Shown piece by piece: positions 26,510 through 29,706 of a DNA stretch of 29,706 nt. The position numbers and the translations under genes were made by a program. Under the pieces are notes generated by a model. That model was given only the letters and a program-made list of their open reading frames with translations. It was not told where the DNA came from and did no database searches. Origin of the DNA: Elusimicrobiota bacterium (lineage in GTDB: Bacteria > Elusimicrobiota > Endomicrobiia > Endomicrobiales > Endomicrobiaceae); the NCBI GenBank assembly GCA_031256695.1, contig JAIRQB010000079.1, forward strand, positions 1 to 29,706. Direction: 5' to 3'. Positions within the stretch are counted from its first letter, which is position 1. The number at the start of each line of letters is the position of its first letter.

Positions 26510-26783
26510 TATAATCCTTTTAAATTTTTTGGATTTTTTGACGTTTTTTCTGACGACGACGGCATAGTAATAAAAAACAGTTTTAGTGTCAAAAACTCCT
26601 CTTTAAAGTTAAAAGCGAAGTTGAGTTGTCTTGAATACTGTTTTGCAACTTCGCAAAAAGCAGAATTTTCTGCGCGAAGTTTTGCTTACGCGCGAAGCGC
26701 GCTTTAGTCTCATCGTATTCAACGGCAAAAGACGTTCCGCTGTTGGCATACTCGCAAAATGAAGCGACAGAAGCCGCTTCATT
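26510..26783 (+). other. AT-rich promoter (TATAAT 26510-26515) followed by a multi-hairpin leader
   Basis: Inverted repeats at 26615-26623/26646-26654, 26647-26654/26674-26681, 26660-26673, 26720-26745 and 26758-26783. Confidence 0.55.
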
Positions 26784-26813
26784 GTTGTAAATAAAAATAA
26801 AAAGGAGTTTAAG

Positions 26814-27383
26814 ATGAAAAGAGTTTTATTGATGTTTACTTTACTTGCGCTTTCTGTTTTTTTGGAGGGGTGCGGAAAAGATGATAAAACAATAAATTCA
26901 AATCCTACAACTGATGCGAGATTGACTGTTGAAGAAAGTCATAATGGAATTACAGCAAAATTAAAAATTGTTATATCTGGATTTCCGTCAGAGGCAGACC
27001 CGAATTATAATTGGAAGTATGCTGACGATGGAAGTGTTTTGACAAATAATCCATCTCTTGAATTGCTATACGGGGCAATCCTTATTGTAAATATAAACGG
27101 TCAAGAAACGGAATATGGACTTATGCATTTTGGCAATCAAGATGACCCAAACAGGCTTGCGGCTATTCCTTTAAGTAGACTTGAATCTGGATACTATGAC
27201 CCCATAGAAACAGAAATTAACGGTAATTGTATTATTACCGAGATAAACGCCGCTTATCTTTCTAATATCTTAACTGACGGCTCTCTTGCAGAAAAGACGA
27301 AAGAATACACGATAACCAAAATATTCGGCGTTACTTTTAATTTGAAGAAAGTCTTAAGGATTAAATACGTTGAAAGCATATAA
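26814..27383 (+). CDS. Hypothetical lipoprotein (189 aa)
   Basis: MKR, hydrophobic core, lipobox LEG-C, RBS AAGGAG; no recognised domain. Confidence 0.8.
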   Translation: MKRVLLMFTLLALSVFLEGCGKDDKTINSNPTTDARLTVEESHNGITAKLKIVISGFPSEADPNYNWKYADDGSVLTNNPSLELLYGAILIVNINGQETEYGLMHFGNQDDPNRLAAIPLSRLESGYYDPIETEINGNCIITEINAAYLSNILTDGSLAEKTKEYTITKIFGVTFNLKKVLRIKYVESI

Positions 27384-27417
27384 CTTACGGCGTTTATAAG
27401 ACGTTGGGGTAGCCGAC

Positions 27418-27455
27418 TTGAATTATTTGTCAATGCCGGCATTGCCAAATAACTC
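27418..27455 (-). repeat. Single reverse copy of the GAGTTATTTGG hairpin module
   Basis: Minus strand reads GAGTTATTTGGCAATGCCGGCATTGACAAATAATTC AA. Confidence 0.8.
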
Positions 27456-27502
27456 CAAAATTCTTAATTGCCGTTTAATTTTGTCAGATAAAAGGACTCC
27501 CG

Positions 27503-29557
27503 ATGCCTAAACCTCAAAAAGAATGGAAATATAATTTCAACAGCAATTATTCTCTGTATGCGGAGTTATCTCAAGAATTGGGCATAAGTTCTAAAATCGC
27601 TTCTCTTCTTGATGCCCGCGGTATTTCCGATAAAGACGCTATGAAGAAATTTTTATTCGGCGGTTTAGAATATCTGCACAATCCTTTTTTATTTGACGGA
27701 ATGGACAAAGCGGCTGACAGAATTAGAAAAGCGATAGATTTAAGGGAGCAGATTTTAGTCTACGGCGACAGAGATGTGGACGGCATTACTTCTGTAAATA
27801 TAGTCGTCAACACTTTAAAACTTTTAGGCGCAAATATATGGTGGTATGTCCCCGCCGACGAAGGATATAAAGTTCACAAAGATATTCTCACTCAATACGC
27901 GCAAGAAAATGTAAAACTTTTAATCACAGTTGATTGCGGAATTGCGGCGAAAGAAGAAATAGATTATGCGATAACTTTAGGTATGGACGTCATCGTCACA
28001 GACCATCACGAGCCTATAAACGGCGGAATGCCGCGCAATATAACGGCGGTGATAGATTCAAAATTGCCCAATACTCTATATCCTTTCAAAGATATTGCAG
28101 GCTGCGTAGTCGCTTTAAAAACCGTTCAGGCTGCCGCAAAGACTTTTGACAGAGAATACAATAAGAATAATCTTTTGTTTTTGTTTAAAGAAAAAGAAGG
28201 ACAGGCTGAAGGCTTGCAATCAGATTGCGGGGATTTTGCTTTAATCAAAAACGATTTAATCGTCCAATCGGGCAGTTTTGCCTCTTTAGACGAATTGAAA
28301 AAACTTATAAGAGAGTCGTTTAGAGTTTATACTTATAATTCCCCGTCTCTTTCAGAATTGTTGAAAAAAGACATTTTGCTTAAAGATAAAATCTGCATTT
28401 TTGAAAATTCCAAAAAGTATTCCATAGACGATTTGTTTTTCAGCAAGATAGCGCTCTCAAACAGAGACGGGCGTATGAAAGATTTTTTTGAAAATAATTT
28501 AGATTTATGCGCGCTGGGGGTAATAGCGGACTCTATGCCTTTAATTGATGAAAACAAAATAATAGTGCGCGAAGGTTTAAAAGTAATAGAGTCAAATCCT
28601 CACAGCAGACCGGGTTTAGGGCTTCTTATAGAGGATTCTTTAAAGACAAAGGACTCATATAATATCACCGCTCATTCAGTTTCTTGGAATGTCACGCCCG
28701 TTTTAAATTCAGCGGGGCGTTTAGGGCGCGGAATGCTCTCAGTTCAGTTGCTTATGACAAAAGATTCTTATCAAGCGCAAAATCTATATGCGGATATAAT
28801 AAAGTTAAACGGCGAAAGAAAAGACATACAACTTGAAAATACGGGGCAATTTAAATATCTCTTAAAAGAACAATACGATGCGGAAAACGATAAGGCAATC
28901 ATAGTGACCGCTTCAAATTTAGAACACGGGGTTACGGGGATAATAGCCTCTTTGATGCTGAAAGAATACTCTAAACCGGCTTTTTTGCTAATCAGCGACG
29001 GCAATGAGGCTGTAGGCGCAGCGAGAGCCTCTGACAATTTCAGCATAATAAACGCTTTAGAAAATGCAAAACATCTCCTTGAAAAATACGGCGGGCATAG
29101 CCAAGCGGCGGGCTTTACAATTAAGCATTCAAATATAGCGGAGTTTAAGAAAATCACTTTAGAATATGCCGGGCGCTGTCTGCCCGACGCCGAACCTAAA
29201 AATATAATTTCAATAGAGGGCGAATTAAAAATTTCAGATATAAATTTTGATTTTTTCAAGCAAATTGAATCTCTTGCCCCTTTTGGTATGGGCAATGCCC
29301 GCCCGATTTTCTGTATAAGAGGCGCAAATATAACTGAAATTTCAACTTTTGGGATAAAAGAGGAACACATTAAATTCAAAGTTTCTCAAAACGGCAGCAG
29401 AAATGTGCCTGCAGTATTTTGGAATCATTCAAAACTTTGCGATTTTTTAAAGAAAGAAAAGTTTGTTGATATCGCATTTTATTTAGAGAGCGCCGTAGAC
29501 AGAAACGGCGACCCGATAATACAGTTGATTATCGCAGATGTGCAGGAAGCGGCATAA
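27503..29557 (+). CDS. recJ: Single-stranded-DNA exonuclease RecJ with an internal insertion
   Basis: YGDRDVDG, ITVDCG, VTDHH, ALGVIAD, NSAGRL, YGGHSQAAG, APFGMGN. Confidence 0.96.
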   Translation: MPKPQKEWKYNFNSNYSLYAELSQELGISSKIASLLDARGISDKDAMKKFLFGGLEYLHNPFLFDGMDKAADRIRKAIDLREQILVYGDRDVDGITSVNIVVNTLKLLGANIWWYVPADEGYKVHKDILTQYAQENVKLLITVDCGIAAKEEIDYAITLGMDVIVTDHHEPINGGMPRNITAVIDSKLPNTLYPFKDIAGCVVALKTVQAAAKTFDREYNKNNLLFLFKEKEGQAEGLQSDCGDFALIKNDLIVQSGSFASLDELKKLIRESFRVYTYNSPSLSELLKKDILLKDKICIFENSKKYSIDDLFFSKIALSNRDGRMKDFFENNLDLCALGVIADSMPLIDENKIIVREGLKVIESNPHSRPGLGLLIEDSLKTKDSYNITAHSVSWNVTPVLNSAGRLGRGMLSVQLLMTKDSYQAQNLYADIIKLNGERKDIQLENTGQFKYLLKEQYDAENDKAIIVTASNLEHGVTGIIASLMLKEYSKPAFLLISDGNEAVGAARASDNFSIINALENAKHLLEKYGGHSQAAGFTIKHSNIAEFKKITLEYAGRCLPDAEPKNIISIEGELKISDINFDFFKQIESLAPFGMGNARPIFCIRGANITEISTFGIKEEHIKFKVSQNGSRNVPAVFWNHSKLCDFLKKEKFVDIAFYLESAVDRNGDPIIQLIIADVQEAA

Positions 29558-29706
29558 TTGAGTAATTCGGCGGCGCAAAACGCTGCCAAACGAAGTTATG
29601 CCGTCCCGTTGTCATACCCGCGCAAAATTTAGCGCCATTGGCGCTAAATTGCCGGCGGGAGTTGCCATCTGTAATTGGAGGCAACTCAAGAGTTGCAATC
29701 CCAAGT
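29558..29706. repeat. Composite REP-like cluster, truncated by the window end
   Basis: Reverse partial module 29560-29591; TGTCATACCCGC head at 29610; perfect 12-bp palindrome arms 29626-29650; GAGTTGCC...GGCAACTC 29659-29687; AA; next module from 29690. Confidence 0.85.

Noticed and set aside
1003-26730. AACGGCAAAA (1003, 8136, 10766, 26721) as a DNA uptake or operator sequence
   Set aside because: Too few copies, partly explained by codon content; needs genome-wide statistics.
27377-27455. Integron attC site after the lipoprotein gene
   Set aside because: TAAC and GTTGGGG are under 30 nt apart, too short for attC; no L boxes or integrase are present.
398-29379. Short antisense or overlapping ORFs in the track (e.g. 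398..643, 8668..9072, 28771..29379)
   Set aside because: They lie inside well-supported genes on the other strand or frame and show no motifs; treated as shadow ORFs.

Overview
AT-rich bacterial window from an anaerobic diderm. Gene content and protein style suggest Elusimicrobiota (Endomicrobium-like); this is inference, not a database result. Housekeeping blocks: yggS-proC-DUF167-ileS-lspA, purB, nfnAB, HPr, dapF, TolC-patatin-TPR-lysA, fhs, an aspartate aminotransferase and recJ. Accessory genes: a partial autotransporter beta-barrel, a 4-domain CoA-substrate activase fusion, a broken GT-C glycosyltransferase, TRAP dctP/dctQ without dctM, and an orphan lipoprotein. Signs of decay: dapF has one in-frame TAA, the GT-C gene is split and short, and dctM is absent. 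The most notable signal is non-coding: a family of 29-38 bp hairpin modules (GAGT...ACTC joined by AA) in four intergenic clusters. They form tandem arrays, show a compensatory base-pair change, carry a nested 25-bp hairpin in their loops, and show one filled-versus-empty site pair inside a local 141-bp duplication. No transposase, cas gene, tRNA or rRNA was found. GATC is almost absent and several other 4-bp palindromes look depleted.
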